From IMG/VR virus record IMGVR_UViG_3300022777_000060: DNA of 24,597 nt; one strand, given 5' to 3'. Shown piece by piece: positions 5,340 to 14,957 of this stretch (position 1 is its first letter; each line of letters begins with the position of its first letter). Origin of the DNA: a virus. The notes below the pieces were generated by a model that worked only from the letters and a program-made list of their open reading frames with translations, was not told the DNA's origin and made no database searches. Made by a program: the position numbers and the translations under genes.

Positions 5340-8178
5340 TGCTCTCGATTGGACTGACAGAAGTGTACCCAGGCGTGACTCGCGTCTTATAGAAGAAGTC
5401 TTCTCCTGTAGTCAGTCCCGAATGCGTCCAACTCACTTGTTGGTTTGAAGGCGCAATGACTTCCTTGATGACCTGAAATGATCCTCCAGAGTTCGGAGCA
5501 GCGAGAACTTCAATCTTCGTTATGTTTTCAGGGACGATGCTTGTAGAAGCTGTTCCCTTTATAAAGGTGTCCCCAACAGAGCTTATCGAAGTCGTTACGG
5601 TAACACTTCCTTGGTTAATCGCGGCTTCAAGCGGATCTTCCAAAAGTCCAGGATACCAAAGAAACTCTTGAATCGCACCCTTATAACTTTCGTCAACCGG
5701 AGCATGTTGATCAGTTCTTCCCCCTCCGTAGCTAAGACCAAGCCGTACGTTTCCACTCTCTTTATAATCAACATTGTGAGAAACGATTTGTTGCTGCCCC
5801 TCAACGTCGAGGAACAAAACGTCCTCATTCACTGCTGCCGTTATACTGATTTCATCTTTCGTGTCGTCATAGGTGGTAAACAACTCTTCACCATTACCCT
5901 TTCGGTAAATGCCACCACTCCCACTAAATCCACTCGCAGCCCAAAGTTCACCTTTATGGACATTGATTGCCTTCCAGCTAGAACCCGTACCAGAAAGACT
6001 GCTTTTCTCTAATGTTTGTCCGTCCCATTTCCAAACCCCTTCATCGCTGGAGTTACTGAAAAACTCTTCCGTGAGATAGAGATCGCCGTCATAAACAGCC
6101 GATCCAGCTCTGTAGCTAAGTTCTATGCCAGTGGAATCTTCAGAGAACGAAGTTTCGAAAGCTTGATTACCCTCATCTAATACCCCGCTTATTTGTGAAT
6201 CCAGATTTCCGCCAAAGGAAAAGACACTCAGAGTATTGAGTTCACCCTTGTAACTTGGCGCAGATCCCGGAGAATAAATCGGAACACTTTCAGTTTCCTT
6301 TATACCAAAGTCATATTCAAGCTGAAGTCCAGTTTCCGGTGTCCAAGAATACATTGCTCCCAAACCTCGAAGGTGATATCCTGGAATCCACACCTTATCA
6401 TTCCACACCCCCGCTCCATGAGTTCCGGAAACATTATTCTCAAATCCTCCGATTCGAGCAATGGCATTGTTTTCAAACTGTTCTTCGGAAATCGCTTGTG
6501 ACCATTGGTTTCCATCATACCGATGAAGGATCGGATTCTCTGAGTCCAAAAAGTATGCGTCGCCGCGAAAAATGAAGCTGCTGGTGATGTTCGACCCGAA
6601 CCGAGGAAACGCAGACTTTTCAAACGTCCGACTACTTGAATCCCAAGATGATGAAAGACTGTATTGCTTAACAGCGGAGTTTGTGGTTTCTACAGAATCC
6701 GGAATCGGATCACCTGGATCTACGTCCGGATTCTCTGAAGCCACATACAAGTTGTTCCCGTCTGATTTGAAAGCAACCCCCCAAATTCCAGTTCCTTCGA
6801 CATCATCCAAAACTTCATCTAGAGAGTATGTGTTTGTGCTACTAACACTGCTAATGTCCCAAGCGGTCGAAAAGTTCTTCTCTATCAGATCATCAAAAGT
6901 TCCGAAGTATGCCTGAGTACCGTCCGGCCGGAAGAACATTCCCGTGCTGTTATCATCTCCCCCTGTACCGAACGAGTTTCCAGTAAAGGAAGCTGAACTT
7001 GGATCCCAAGCGGTTGAAAGATTATAGCTATACACTCTTGATTCCAGAGTACCGGAACCATCTCTTTCGGACTTGATAAACATTTTCGTTCCATCCGGTT
7101 TAAAGGCAACGCCATTCGGAACCCCAACTTCAGAGTTGAAATCGTATTCCGTTACAAAGGAAAGACTCTCGACTTCCCAAGCTGTCCCAAAGTCAAACTC
7201 AGCAATCGTTCGGCTCTCACTTGTTGAAGCGCCTTTGTCACTTACCCAAATTTTCGTTCCATCCGGTTTAATGTAGCTACCCCCAATCTCTGTAAGCCCA
7301 CTGCTGTCCGATATTGCCGGGAAGGAGTTCCCCCCGACGTACTCTCCAGAGCCAATATCCCAAGGCGTAGAAAGATCGAACTGGTGGATGTTCTCGTCTG
7401 AAACGTAGAGCTTCGATCCGTCTGGTTTGAACTGGAGAGCGCCCCTTCCTTTGGGGAAAACCTGTTCAACAGTCCAGGACGAGCCGTTATACGACTTTAT
7501 CTGAGATTGGTTATCGTTTTGAGCCCAAAGATTCCCGTCATACACGATCATGTCTCCACGCAATGTGCTGCTGAATGCTTCCCCTTGATCAACACTTATA
7601 AGCTGCTCATTCTGTGGATCCCATTTACTGATTTTGAAGCTGCTGAAGTTGAACTTCGTGAAAAAATATACTTCCCCCTCATAAGACTTGATTCCAGCAA
7701 TCGCTGCGGGAACCGGAGTTCGAACCGCTTCAGCATCCAAATCCGGATTTGAGATTGTCGCGAAGATTTTTCCATCCCGTTCCCAAACTTCTAACCCATT
7801 TGAATTTACGATTGTTTGTGGAGACCCCTTCAAGTCATCAACATCGACTGTCAACTCTACGCTTTGTATTCTACTTTGGGAAACTCCAGACGCATTGCTG
7901 AACTCAACTTCGTATCCGTCCTGTTTCTGGCTCCAATTTACTGTTCCACCACCGCCGCTTGTTGCAAGACTTCCACTTTCGACGATTTTCGGATACCTAT
8001 CGAGAGCTGGAGCAAGGGCATTTCCACCTTCAGCAACTTGGTTAAGAAAACGAACTCGGCCGTCAGCATTCGAGTCCTGTTGCGTCACAAAAGACACAAC
8101 CGATCCAGATCCAATGTCGGAAACATTGAATGCTTGAACCGCTCCATCTGTGGATCTTCGAACTTCGATTGCAGACAC
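5332..8178 (-). CDS. Adhesin/receptor-binding-like protein A (split LamG, two nested beta-propellers, FN3), 948 aa
   Basis: FKPDG/LSTAWD repeats, YDGxxW repeats, YKGAIQEFLWYP LamG-like end, HSGLTTGEDFFYK FN3. Confidence 0.8.
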   Translation of the reverse strand: MSAIEVRRSTDGAVQAFNVSDIGSGSVVSFVTQQDSNADGRVRFLNQVAEGGNALAPALDRYPKIVESGSLATSGGGGTVNWSQKQDGYEVEFSNASGVSQSRIQSVELTVDVDDLKGSPQTIVNSNGLEVWERDGKIFATISNPDLDAEAVRTPVPAAIAGIKSYEGEVYFFTKFNFSSFKISKWDPQNEQLISVDQGEAFSSTLRGDMIVYDGNLWAQNDNQSQIKSYNGSSWTVEQVFPKGRGALQFKPDGSKLYVSDENIHQFDLSTPWDIGSGEYVGGNSFPAISDSSGLTEIGGSYIKPDGTKIWVSDKGASTSESRTIAEFDFGTAWEVESLSFVTEYDFNSEVGVPNGVAFKPDGTKMFIKSERDGSGTLESRVYSYNLSTAWDPSSASFTGNSFGTGGDDNSTGMFFRPDGTQAYFGTFDDLIEKNFSTAWDISSVSSTNTYSLDEVLDDVEGTGIWGVAFKSDGNNLYVASENPDVDPGDPIPDSVETTNSAVKQYSLSSSWDSSSRTFEKSAFPRFGSNITSSFIFRGDAYFLDSENPILHRYDGNQWSQAISEEQFENNAIARIGGFENNVSGTHGAGVWNDKVWIPGYHLRGLGAMYSWTPETGLQLEYDFGIKETESVPIYSPGSAPSYKGELNTLSVFSFGGNLDSQISGVLDEGNQAFETSFSEDSTGIELSYRAGSAVYDGDLYLTEEFFSNSSDEGVWKWDGQTLEKSSLSGTGSSWKAINVHKGELWAASGFSGSGGIYRKGNGEELFTTYDDTKDEISITAAVNEDVLFLDVEGQQQIVSHNVDYKESGNVRLGLSYGGGRTDQHAPVDESYKGAIQEFLWYPGLLEDPLEAAINQGSVTVTTSISSVGDTFIKGTASTSIVPENITKIEVLAAPNSGGSFQVIKEVIAPSNQQVSWTHSGLTTGEDFFYKTRVTPGYTSVSPIESSE

Positions 8179-8218
8179 GTATGCTTTTAGTTGTTGTTTG
8201 TACTGTGTTTATGTATCC

Positions 8219-11200
8219 TTACTTCAAGGTAATGCTATCATACCACATTGCGGCGTTAGGGAATCCGGAAGTTGCCCAAGCCTCTCCACCGAAACCTTTG
8301 AACTGGTGAAGTCGGATATCAGTAATATCTACGCCTTGCTGAAGTGATTGCGTTCCCGTTTTTGTAATACCGTCCGCAGTGTTCTCCCAAGTCCAGTTTA
8401 CTTCAGTGTTCCCCCAATCAAACTGTAGATTGACACGGTGCCACGTTTGGTATACGTTAGCTCCACCGCCACTCGAACTGTCGGTTCCATCAAACACCTG
8501 AATGATGTCTGTTTCGTTATCTGTCGGCGCAAAAACCCATTGCGGGTTGTTTGTCGCGACTCCAAGCTCTTGGTTTCCATTGGAGTTAAAAAACCGAACT
8601 CCGGATCCGGGTTGATTGCTCGTCTCGTAATAATAAAACTCTGCTTCCGAAATCTGCTGTGCTGAAGATAGGTTATGGGTTGCGTAAAGGTAAGTGGAGT
8701 TATTTGAAATATCGATCCCCCCACTCTGACTGCCTGCAAATACGTTATCAGTTTTGATTTGGAAGTCAGAGGTATCGACTGACCACTTGCTCAAGTTGGA
8801 TTCGAAGTCTTCATTCAAAATGAAGGCGGCGGCCGTGCTTACCTCGGTTTCTTCGGAAAGAGCTGTTTCGGTAGTGTCATTTCTCACCGCACTGACCTTA
8901 TAGAAGAAGTTCGCGTCAGCGGAAACCGACGAGTCTATGAAGTACTCATTCGTAACATTTGAGCTGCTTACCTCTGTGAAGTTGCCTCCAGAAGAGTCAA
9001 CACGATATACGTTGTAGTGACTAATGTTTGTGCTGTTTGTATCCCAACTGACCGTGACTTCAGTGTTGCCCGAATCAAACGATGTTTGAACATTTGTTGG
9101 AACCTCATACGTAACGCCCGGCGTATTGAACTGGATTCCAACCGCTTCGTCAGTTCCAGTACTCAACGTGTTCATCTCAGTCTTCGTCGTAACATCCCAA
9201 GCAGTCGTCATGAGGTTTTCTGTAATCGTTCCCCCAACTGTTGCTGTGTAAAATCGTGTGCCGTCTTCACGGAAGAACAGCCCGCCCGAAGGGTCGGAAA
9301 CGGATACTTTGTTCTGAAAACTCGCTGTGGAAATGTCCCAAGAGGTTCCAAGTGCGAAGCTGGCAACGTGTCCGGAGTCAAGCGTAGCATAAAGCTCATT
9401 ACCATCCGGTTTGAACGCAATGTCTCCGTTGATTACCTCGCCTGTCTGATTCGGATCATCAAGCGTTGCGGTTTGGTTGAAGCTCGCTGTCGTGATGTCC
9501 CAAGCACCCGATAGGTTGAATGCATATACGTCCATGCTTGACTGTTGAGAAATGAACATCTGAGATCCATCCGGTCGGAAAAATAGCCCATTCGGGTTGT
9601 CGGGGAATGTTGAGAACGTTGTGAGATCCAGAAAGTCGTCGTCATTTTGAGTTGTGAACGTCTCATACGCTTCCGTCAAACTAGCCTGAAACATAGCCGG
9701 TACATCATTCTCTGTATCCCGAAGGAAGAAGATTCGGGTTCCGTCCGACCGGAAGAAGAATCCTTGTGGAGAAAGAAGAACATCATCCGGTCCTCCAGCT
9801 TCTCCTGCGGTAAGCGCAAGATCAACGTTGATTTGAGAAACTTTCGCAGTCTTACTAAGATTCCAAGCATCTGTAATCCGGAAGTGTTGCAAATCTGGCG
9901 AGAAACTTGCTTCTCTGTCTAGGATGTAAGTACTGTTTGTCGGGTTCAGCTCTGCAGACTTGGTTGCGCTCTGAGCGTACTCAGTGCCACTCACTACAAT
10001 TCGGACATAGTAGAAGAACTCTCCGACCCCCGGAGTGTCCGTGTATCCAGTTTTAGAAGATACATTTGCTATTTGCGTGAACGTACCTCCAGCCGTGTCG
10101 GCTCGGTACACATTGTAAGAATCTGGAGTTCGAAGGTCGCTTACTGACCACGTAACTTCTATTTCTTTATCTCTTGCGTTTGCGTCGACATTGAAACTTT
10201 CGAATGTGATGTTTGATGGTTGCTGAGAAGCAGCCGCCGGAATGTTCGTGTTGAAGGATACGTCATTTGGAGGAAAGCTGAAACCTCGTGTTCGCAACTC
10301 AAGATTTGCGTCGTAGCTTTGACCGTATTCCAACTCTTCACTGGAAAGGTTATACTCGCCAATCATCACTGAATCAGACTCAGTGGTAAGCTCTTCTGCA
10401 GTCTGCTTGAAAGATACGTAGATTTCATTGTTATCAGTTACAAAGGAATCAGAGGTCGCTTCTGGATCTTCCGAAGCTGAATCTTGAAACACCTTCTGTA
10501 CGAACGTGAACTGATTATCGAACACATAAAAAGAGTCTCCAACAGTTTGTGATGAGCCCCCGATTGTAAACACAACGCCCCCATTTGGTTTCCAGCTTAC
10601 TGAAGAAGCCGGATCTCCACCGACTCCGGAAGAAAACCACTCCGGTCCTGTACTGAAAGAGCCAACACTGTTCAAAGAGTTATCCCAAACTTCAAAGTTC
10701 TCAGCTGCCGGATCATCGGCCGTATCGTTCATGCCAACAAGGTAGTCTGCATTCGGGCCGCTAAAGTTGTTCCATGCCGCAACACCAATTTTGGAACCAA
10801 AAGTACCAACGACGTTTCTGGCAGAATCAATAACCAAAAGACTTCCTCGGATGTTGTTGGCCGTGTTTCGCTGTAATGCATAAAAGGATCCGTCAGACTC
10901 CCGAAAGTCTATTTCGGTTATGTTTGCTTCTGTGGCAACGTTGCTGTAATCGATGTTCGCGATCCGATTGAAAGATGAGTCATAAAAGAATATCCGGTTT
11001 TCCGAAGTAGCCACCACCATTCGGCTGGTCGCTTCATGAAACGCGATCTCGGTCGCAAATGGAAGTGAGTTGTTGACTTCAAGACCATCACCTCCGGAAA
11101 AAACTTGCGTCAAAGCTCCAGTTTGTGAATCAATCGAATAGACCTGGATTGGCGCGAAGCCTGATCCCCGACCGACGACTCCAATATGCCCGTCTCCACG

Positions 11201-12115
11201 AAATGCTATTCCATTTACGCTATTCTGATCGATCGTGTCGAGAAGGTTGAAAGAAGTGTCCCAAATTCGAACTGAGCTGTTTGTGCGGGAAGCTATGAAG
11301 TTGCCGTTCCAAATGACTTCATTATTAGAGTTCGGGTCATTCCCTGTTCCATTAACCTGAGGATCACCGGATAGAAGAGCGGTTGTCGGACTTTCTGAAT
11401 AGAGAGTAGCGAGATCAATAGAAGGTGTAATCGACGTCGAAGTAACGATCGTATCTGACTCTTTACTATTCTGGAACGTCGATTGGCTGGACTTTTTCCA
11501 TCGAAGAATAGGTTTTGCAGCCTCAAGTTGGGAAAATGATGTCACTTCAACGTCGACCGTTTTCAGTGAAGGGGAAGAGTAGGTAACACTTGAAGTCCCA
11601 ACCTCTACACTGATCAAAGAACTGTCTTCAACTGGTGTGAACTGTGACGTTCCTCCAGCCGACAAAACTGATCGGACTTTATAGAACTTCTTTTCACCTT
11701 CCGAAATACTCGTGTCCGTGTACTGCGTCGATGTCGGTTCAGCGATTATTGAAAAAGTGCCGGTTTCGCTGTCGGATCGATGGACTTCATAACGATCAAC
11801 AAGACTCTCGTTGAATACGTCCCACGTAAGCGTTACTTCATTGCCAGCGTCGTCCGGATTTGTTTGCAGATTGACCGAACGCGCGCCGTCATCAAGCACG
11901 TCGTTTGCATCCCCCGTTTGCGTAAGGCTCCAAAAGATGCTCGGAGAGACTGTTTGAGGATCTGGCTGTCCACCGCTTGTGTCTCCACAACAAACAGCTT
12001 CCCAAGACCCGCTGATTTTGACGTACAGGCACTTGACGATCTCCCAGTTCCCGCCAACCTTTGTGTAGCCTTTTGGAACTCGTTGCCAAGAGCCGTCCTT
12101 GTAATATACAGCCAT
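8219..12115 (-). CDS. Large tail-fibre/adhesin-like protein (1298 aa): KxxGxW N-terminal repeats, FN3 domains, beta-propellers, C-terminal ConA-like domain
   Basis: Start MAVYYKDGSW placed after the terminator; FN3 motifs (YNVYR...YTD...FYKV); FFRxDG/AWDI repeats; EDFES...WYDSI lectin-like end. Confidence 0.8.
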   Translation of the reverse strand: MAVYYKDGSWQRVPKGYTKVGGNWEIVKCLYVKISGSWEAVCCGDTSGGQPDPQTVSPSIFWSLTQTGDANDVLDDGARSVNLQTNPDDAGNEVTLTWDVFNESLVDRYEVHRSDSETGTFSIIAEPTSTQYTDTSISEGEKKFYKVRSVLSAGGTSQFTPVEDSSLISVEVGTSSVTYSSPSLKTVDVEVTSFSQLEAAKPILRWKKSSQSTFQNSKESDTIVTSTSITPSIDLATLYSESPTTALLSGDPQVNGTGNDPNSNNEVIWNGNFIASRTNSSVRIWDTSFNLLDTIDQNSVNGIAFRGDGHIGVVGRGSGFAPIQVYSIDSQTGALTQVFSGGDGLEVNNSLPFATEIAFHEATSRMVVATSENRIFFYDSSFNRIANIDYSNVATEANITEIDFRESDGSFYALQRNTANNIRGSLLVIDSARNVVGTFGSKIGVAAWNNFSGPNADYLVGMNDTADDPAAENFEVWDNSLNSVGSFSTGPEWFSSGVGGDPASSVSWKPNGGVVFTIGGSSQTVGDSFYVFDNQFTFVQKVFQDSASEDPEATSDSFVTDNNEIYVSFKQTAEELTTESDSVMIGEYNLSSEELEYGQSYDANLELRTRGFSFPPNDVSFNTNIPAAASQQPSNITFESFNVDANARDKEIEVTWSVSDLRTPDSYNVYRADTAGGTFTQIANVSSKTGYTDTPGVGEFFYYVRIVVSGTEYAQSATKSAELNPTNSTYILDREASFSPDLQHFRITDAWNLSKTAKVSQINVDLALTAGEAGGPDDVLLSPQGFFFRSDGTRIFFLRDTENDVPAMFQASLTEAYETFTTQNDDDFLDLTTFSTFPDNPNGLFFRPDGSQMFISQQSSMDVYAFNLSGAWDITTASFNQTATLDDPNQTGEVINGDIAFKPDGNELYATLDSGHVASFALGTSWDISTASFQNKVSVSDPSGGLFFREDGTRFYTATVGGTITENLMTTAWDVTTKTEMNTLSTGTDEAVGIQFNTPGVTYEVPTNVQTSFDSGNTEVTVSWDTNSTNISHYNVYRVDSSGGNFTEVSSSNVTNEYFIDSSVSADANFFYKVSAVRNDTTETALSEETEVSTAAAFILNEDFESNLSKWSVDTSDFQIKTDNVFAGSQSGGIDISNNSTYLYATHNLSSAQQISEAEFYYYETSNQPGSGVRFFNSNGNQELGVATNNPQWVFAPTDNETDIIQVFDGTDSSSGGGANVYQTWHRVNLQFDWGNTEVNWTWENTADGITKTGTQSLQQGVDITDIRLHQFKGFGGEAWATSGFPNAAMWYDSITLK

Positions 12116-12161
12116 CGAAAGAAGAGTTGTACTGGTTCTGCTGATAAATATGAGCCGACAT

Positions 12162-12196
12162 AGAAAACCCCGCGACCCGAAACCGGACCACGGGGC
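12162..12196 (-). terminator. Rho-independent terminator downstream of tRNA-Leu(GAG)
   Basis: CCCCGTGGTCCG-GTTT-CGGGTCGCGGGG-TTTTCT. Confidence 0.8.
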
Positions 12197-12222
12197 AAAG
12201 GAACCAACCGACCAAAGTTGAG

Positions 12223-12306
12223 TACCGGTGGAGGGACTTGAACCCACACGCCCTCTCGGACACTGCGCCCTCAACGCAGCGCGTCTACCAATTCCGCCAC
12301 ACCGGC
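12223..12306 (-). tRNA. tRNA-Leu(GAG)
   Basis: CTGCG-TT GAG GG-CGCAG; long variable arm; A73. Confidence 0.95.
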
Positions 12307-12312
12307 ATTTTG

Positions 12313-12443
12313 TACCGAAGACAGGACTCGAACCTGCACGCCAACTCCGGAAGATCTACGCTTGACCAACCACGCAGGATTTCGGCACCGGGTTAGGTGG
12401 TCGTAAGCCGCCCGGCATGTCTACCAAGTTCCATCACTTCGGC
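12313..12443 (-). ncRNA. tRNA-Leu-like RNA with an 18-nt anticodon loop and an approximately 50-nt branched variable region
   Basis: Intact acceptor GCCGAAG/CTTCGGT-A, Leu-type D-arm, T-arm and anticodon stem CCGGG/CCCGG. Confidence 0.8.
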
Positions 12444-12447
12444 ATCA

Positions 12448-12455
12448 TTATATAT
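12448..12455 (-). promoter_or_regulatory. ATATATAA box
   Basis: 4 nt upstream of the Leu-like RNA. Confidence 0.55.
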
Positions 12456-12458
12456 GTG

Positions 12459-12704
12459 TCAACGAGAAAACATATCGTCAAAAGTCTCGCCCTCTTTCTC
12501 TTCGAAGCTGTACGTCACTTCCTCTTTCGCTTCCATCACGGGAACTTTCTTGAACTCGCGATAATCTCCGCTTTCTTCCCACATTTGGGCGATCTCTTTT
12601 TCAAGAGTCACGCCTTTCGTGATCATTTGAGTTTCCTCTGTTCGGTGACGTGCTTCAATCGCCCCTCTGCTGTTGTCTCTGTCTCTAAGGATGTATGCTT
12701 TCAT
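12459..12704 (-). CDS. Hypothetical protein (81 aa)
   Basis: ORF track; ATGA overlap with the upstream gene. Confidence 0.75.
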   Translation of the reverse strand: MKAYILRDRDNSRGAIEARHRTEETQMITKGVTLEKEIAQMWEESGDYREFKKVPVMEAKEEVTYSFEEKEGETFDDMFSR

Positions 12705-13289
12705 TGTGATTTTGAGTTCCAGATTTCAAGGTCAAGGTGAGCAGGATGTCGGCCTCGCCGTTCGGCTTCGTTCAGAAAGTGGTGCTCAAGCCTCTCATAC
12801 TCTCTCGTGGAGCGTGGACCATCCGGATGAACGTCAACGTCAAGGTTCTCGTCCATCCACGATAGAACGTGCGTGTCAAGCGTCGCGACCTCCGTGTCTT
12901 CGCGACTATGCATCACGAAGAACCGTGCCGTCTTATCTCCGATCCCCGGATACTTTTTGAGCGTTTCAACTGGGACGGTTCGAAGCCAGTGCTCTTCCGT
13001 TTCTCGGCTTACAAGTGACATCGCCCGGTAGCAAGGAACGAGAGTTGAGTATTTTCCCAACCGAACATTTCGCATTTCTTGTTCAAGCAAATTGTCGGCG
13101 GCCGCTTTTCTCACAAGGTCAAACGGGCTTGCCCTCTCCAAGCTCCATTTCAAGCCGCTGTAATAGTTCGTTGACCTTGCTTGCTTGAACGTCAGCGGTC
13201 TTCCCCGCCACTGCAGGAGCGAACAAAGCGAACTCTTCAAGCTCGCCGTCTGTGCGGTCGAAGTTTGTTATGTTGCTAGGGTCAATCAT
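12701..13289 (-). CDS. HhH-GPD superfamily N-glycosylase/DNA lyase (8-oxoguanine glycosylase-like), split by a +1 frameshift near 13119-13140
   Basis: HhH motif LKKYPGIGDKTARFF, catalytic LDTHVL, YERLE...LDLEIW; the N-terminus MIDPSNITNFDRTDGELEEFALF is in a different frame. Confidence 0.8.
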
Positions 13290-13617
13290 CGTCGCGATAC
13301 TCTTCTTTGATTTCAAGGATATGTTCACGATGCTCTTCCAGTTTATCTGCGTGGCAGTAATCCGTCATCGATCCTGGCTTTTTGAGCTTCCACTGGAAGT
13401 AATGGCTCCAACCGTCCTCTCTGGTTCGGCCAACAGTGAACTCTTCGTCGACGTTTCCGAAAATCTCTTCAAGCAGTTTCAGCTTGTACTTGATGTAGTC
13501 TTCGTCACTCAAGTCTTCAGTGACTTCAACGACTGCCGCCGCATGGTACTTGTTTTCCCACTGTACGACATCCCCGACTTCAAGATCTTCGGGGTCGATT
13601 TCGTTTTGTCCAATCAT
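13282..13617 (-). CDS. Hypothetical acidic protein (111 aa)
   Basis: ORF track; coupled overlaps. Confidence 0.8.
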   Translation of the reverse strand: MIGQNEIDPEDLEVGDVVQWENKYHAAAVVEVTEDLSDEDYIKYKLKLLEEIFGNVDEEFTVGRTREDGWSHYFQWKLKKPGSMTDYCHADKLEEHREHILEIKEEYRDDD

Positions 13618-13862
13618 ACTTCTCGTAAGCTTACGGGTTGAGGTTCGAGATCATCGATATTCGGGATCTTGTCGTGCGGGTCGGTCTCTTTCTCTTTCGC
13701 CCTCGTCAAATCGGCGTGCTTTGCGTAAAGCGCCGAAGTCCTTCTGGCAAACACGCGGGATTTGGATATATCGTCGACAAATGGCCAATCTGGTTGGCCA
13801 CTTGGATAATACTTTCCCGTTGACGTGTCTTTCAGAACGTATTGCTTGTAAGACTCACTCAT
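13614..13862 (-). CDS. Hypothetical protein (82 aa)
   Basis: ORF track; ATGA overlaps. Confidence 0.75.
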   Translation of the reverse strand: MSESYKQYVLKDTSTGKYYPSGQPDWPFVDDISKSRVFARRTSALYAKHADLTRAKEKETDPHDKIPNIDDLEPQPVSLREV

Positions 13863-14407
13863 GAGAGAAGTTCAGGGTTTTGCCATTTGTTGCCAACGAC
13901 TTCAGCCTCTTTGTCCCATTGAAAATCCGGAGCTGAACTTTCGGGTCCGTGAAATGCCCACTTATGCCCTTCAATGTGATGAATGAAGAATCCCCCTGCT
14001 TCCCAACGAACGACTCCCAGAGCCCCGCTATAATCGTCCACGAAGTCGTCAATGCCATCAATGCCGTCAACATCTTCAATATCGGGCGCCTCGTCGTTTT
14101 CTTCAAGCCACTCTCGCTCGTGTTCAGCGCCCAAGTGGCGAACTCGCTTCAAGACGTCGCCTTCGTAAACGTCGTCGCCGTTCCGGTCGGTCCATCCAGT
14201 GAACCAACTGAACGTAAGCCCTTCCTCTTGGATCTCACGGTAGCTCGCGTAAATCTCGCCGTTTTGGTAGTCTCCCTCACAGCCGAGGCTAACGTACTTG
14301 CCGTCGCCCTGTACAGCCGTCGCTTCGGCAACGAAGATACGATCGGATTTCTCGTCGTACACCCGAAACTTCGGCTCAAAACCTTCGGTCTGGAAACTAC
14401 TAGCCAT
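13859..14407 (-). CDS. YopX family protein
   Basis: KFRVYD...FTGWTDRNGDDVYEGDVL...VVRWEAGGF...EVVGNKWQNPELL. Confidence 0.88.
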   Translation of the reverse strand: MASSFQTEGFEPKFRVYDEKSDRIFVAEATAVQGDGKYVSLGCEGDYQNGEIYASYREIQEEGLTFSWFTGWTDRNGDDVYEGDVLKRVRHLGAEHEREWLEENDEAPDIEDVDGIDGIDDFVDDYSGALGVVRWEAGGFFIHHIEGHKWAFHGPESSAPDFQWDKEAEVVGNKWQNPELLS

Positions 14408-14627
14408 ACTGGCTTCTGCGGAACTTGAGTTCGAGTTTGTCTTTGACGTCTTCCGAGATCTCACCGTTGAGGTTCATGGCAGGAACTTTGGATTTCGACG
14501 AAGGCTTCCACGCTTCGAGCGCTCCATTTCTTGACACTCGAATCCACAGGCTTTCCCCGTCAATCGGTTCTTCAAGCTCGACAAGATGCCGCTTGACGAT
14601 TTCTTTTTCGTAGTTCAGAAGATTCAT
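14400..14627 (-). CDS. Hypothetical protein (75 aa)
   Basis: ORF track; coupled overlaps. Confidence 0.75.
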   Translation of the reverse strand: MNLLNYEKEIVKRHLVELEEPIDGESLWIRVSRNGALEAWKPSSKSKVPAMNLNGEISEDVKDKLELKFRRSQYG

Positions 14628-14947
14628 ACCGTCTCTACGGTGTTGTAGTCCATGAGGTTGATAACGACTGCCGATTCGTCTGGAGCCTCTCCGCGAAGGT
14701 AGCTTTGATGCTCAATCCGCAGCACCTTATTCACGATCACGGATTCGGTGTCGGACGAAAATCGAATCTGTCCCTTGATTGCGGCCGTCGTCAGCGCTTC
14801 GTACAGCCGCTCTTGAGGCTCAGAAGTGTCGGGAATGCTTGAATCAGAGCCAGTGTCGCCGCCGATGGCTCCAATAGAGCTTTGAAGCTCAGATACGGCA
14901 AACTGAAACTCGTCGAGTCGGGTTTGAAGGGTTCGATCGTTGACCAT
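14624..14947 (-). CDS. Hypothetical protein (107 aa)
   Basis: ORF track. Confidence 0.75.
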   Translation of the reverse strand: MVNDRTLQTRLDEFQFAVSELQSSIGAIGGDTGSDSSIPDTSEPQERLYEALTTAAIKGQIRFSSDTESVIVNKVLRIEHQSYLRGEAPDESAVVINLMDYNTVETV

Positions 14948-14957
14948 AGTTTTTCTG

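Noticed and set aside
12116-12274. N-terminal 53 aa of the 1351-aa ORF
   Set aside because: It overlaps tRNA-Leu and a terminator; the credible start is the ATG at 12115.
12313-12443. Archaeal-type (BHB) tRNA intron or ochre suppressor
   Set aside because: Removing 11 nt at the canonical 37/38 position does not give a U33-containing loop, no clear bulge-helix-bulge is visible, and the TTA in the loop is not in a 7-nt anticodon context.
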